Positions 63,685 through 64,000 of a stretch of 64,000 bases of DNA are shown in pieces (position 1 is the first letter of the stretch; each line of letters begins with the position of its first letter). Location of the stretch: contig JACQJP010000055.1 in assembly GCA_016204975.1 (NCBI GenBank), positions 2,098-66,097 on the forward strand, given 5' to 3'. The translations under genes and the position numbers were made by a program. The stretch comes from Elusimicrobiota bacterium. GTDB taxonomy: Bacteria > Elusimicrobiota > Elusimicrobia > JACQJP01. The notes under the pieces were generated by a model. It saw only the letters and a program-made list of their open reading frames with translations, had not been told where the DNA came from and did no database searches.

Positions 63685-64000
63685 AAAAATTCCCTCTCCC
63701 ACCGTTTTGATCGTGGACGACGACAAAAACCTTCGGTCCACCCTGCGGGACCTGCTGGAAGAAGACGGCTACCAGGTTCTGGAAGCTGCCAACGGCAAAG
63801 AGGCCCTGAAACAGGTCCGTGCGAACTCCCCGCCTCTGATCCTGATGGATTTTCAGCTCCTGGACCGCACCGGAATCGACGTGGTCCGCGACATCCGCAG
63901 TCTTAAGGGGGAAACCCTCATCATCATGATCACCGGACACGCCTCCCTGGAAACGGCGGTTTTGGCCATCCAAGAATCGGTCTATGACTTTTTGATCAAA
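63677..64000 (+). CDS. response regulator receiver domain (probably NtrC/sigma-54-activator type), partial at the window end
   Basis: MPEKIPSPTVLIVDDDKNLRSTLRDLLEEDGYQVLEAANGKEALKQV...LILMDFQLLDRTGIDV..IMITGHASLETAVLAIQESVYDFLIK. Edge-truncated, so absent from the ORF track. Confidence 0.75.
   Translation, partial: MPEKIPSPTVLIVDDDKNLRSTLRDLLEEDGYQVLEAANGKEALKQVRANSPPLILMDFQLLDRTGIDVVRDIRSLKGETLIIMITGHASLETAVLAIQESVYDFLIK

Noticed and set aside
1-64000. tRNA, rRNA or CRISPR arrays
   Set aside because: No cloverleaf-like conserved tRNA features, rRNA-like conserved stretches or regularly spaced direct repeats were seen. The only tandem repeat is a 15-bp coding repeat at 1571-1626.

Overview
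This is a high-GC (about 62-66 %) chromosomal segment from a Gram-negative (diderm) bacterium. Nearly all of it is protein-coding, on both strands. I found no rRNA, tRNA or CRISPR. The six-frame ORF track is full of antisense and shadow ORFs (GC artefacts). It also omits ORFs that run off the window edge and counts TTG and GTG as start codons; several N-termini have been trimmed by hand below.

Gene content by region:
- 1-12232, minus strand: three tandem paralogs of a DUF2723/GT-C-like membrane protein with C-terminal TPR (the first is edge-truncated and missing from the ORF track), then a Bat/MoxR-type operon (MoxR ATPase, DUF58, BatA_N+vWA+DUF4159-like, vWA protein).
- 12285-32000, housekeeping and envelope genes: thiolase, XerD-like recombinase directly fused in frame behind recA, DUF885, class-A beta-lactamase-like hydrolase, GT39-family glycosyltransferase, a 1090-aa coiled-coil membrane protein, an HExxH+TPR protein, CCA-adding enzyme, M50-like protease, trpS, scpA/scpB, a PHP-domain protein.
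- 32025-33488: glgA. A roughly 2-kb low-GC island lies immediately 3' of it. The island is bounded by about 60-bp direct repeats that duplicate the glgA 3' end, and it carries a hypothetical secreted protein and a Phd/RelE-type toxin-antitoxin pair.
- 35665-42777: an FtsX-EnvC(M23) fusion, ctpA, tsaD, a solute-binding-protein homolog with no signal peptide, and a GAF-GGDEF protein.
- 42774-64000, a surface/adhesion supercluster: an OMP with a coiled-coil tail, a coiled-coil/TM/beta-propeller protein, a 1047-aa protein built of FlgD-Ig-like repeats, a second NPAGLG-type OMP, and then a compact Tad/Flp pilus locus. The Tad locus has two Flp pilins, a TadE-like protein, CpaB, a minimal secretin, a TadZ-TadA fusion ATPase, TadB, TadC and a TPR protein. 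A HAMP protein, an atypical OmpR regulator, a CheY, a histidine kinase and a second response regulator follow.

The most unusual content is two nested families of small non-coding repeat elements:
- A MITE-like family of 175-230 bp with 13-bp terminal inverted repeats (GGACTTTTGCAAA ... TTTGCAAAAGTCC). Three full copies and at least three fragments lie between genes.
- A 55-bp palindromic element. It occurs in frame inside two protein-coding genes and is also nested inside one MITE copy.

Several genes also lack any canonical start codon.
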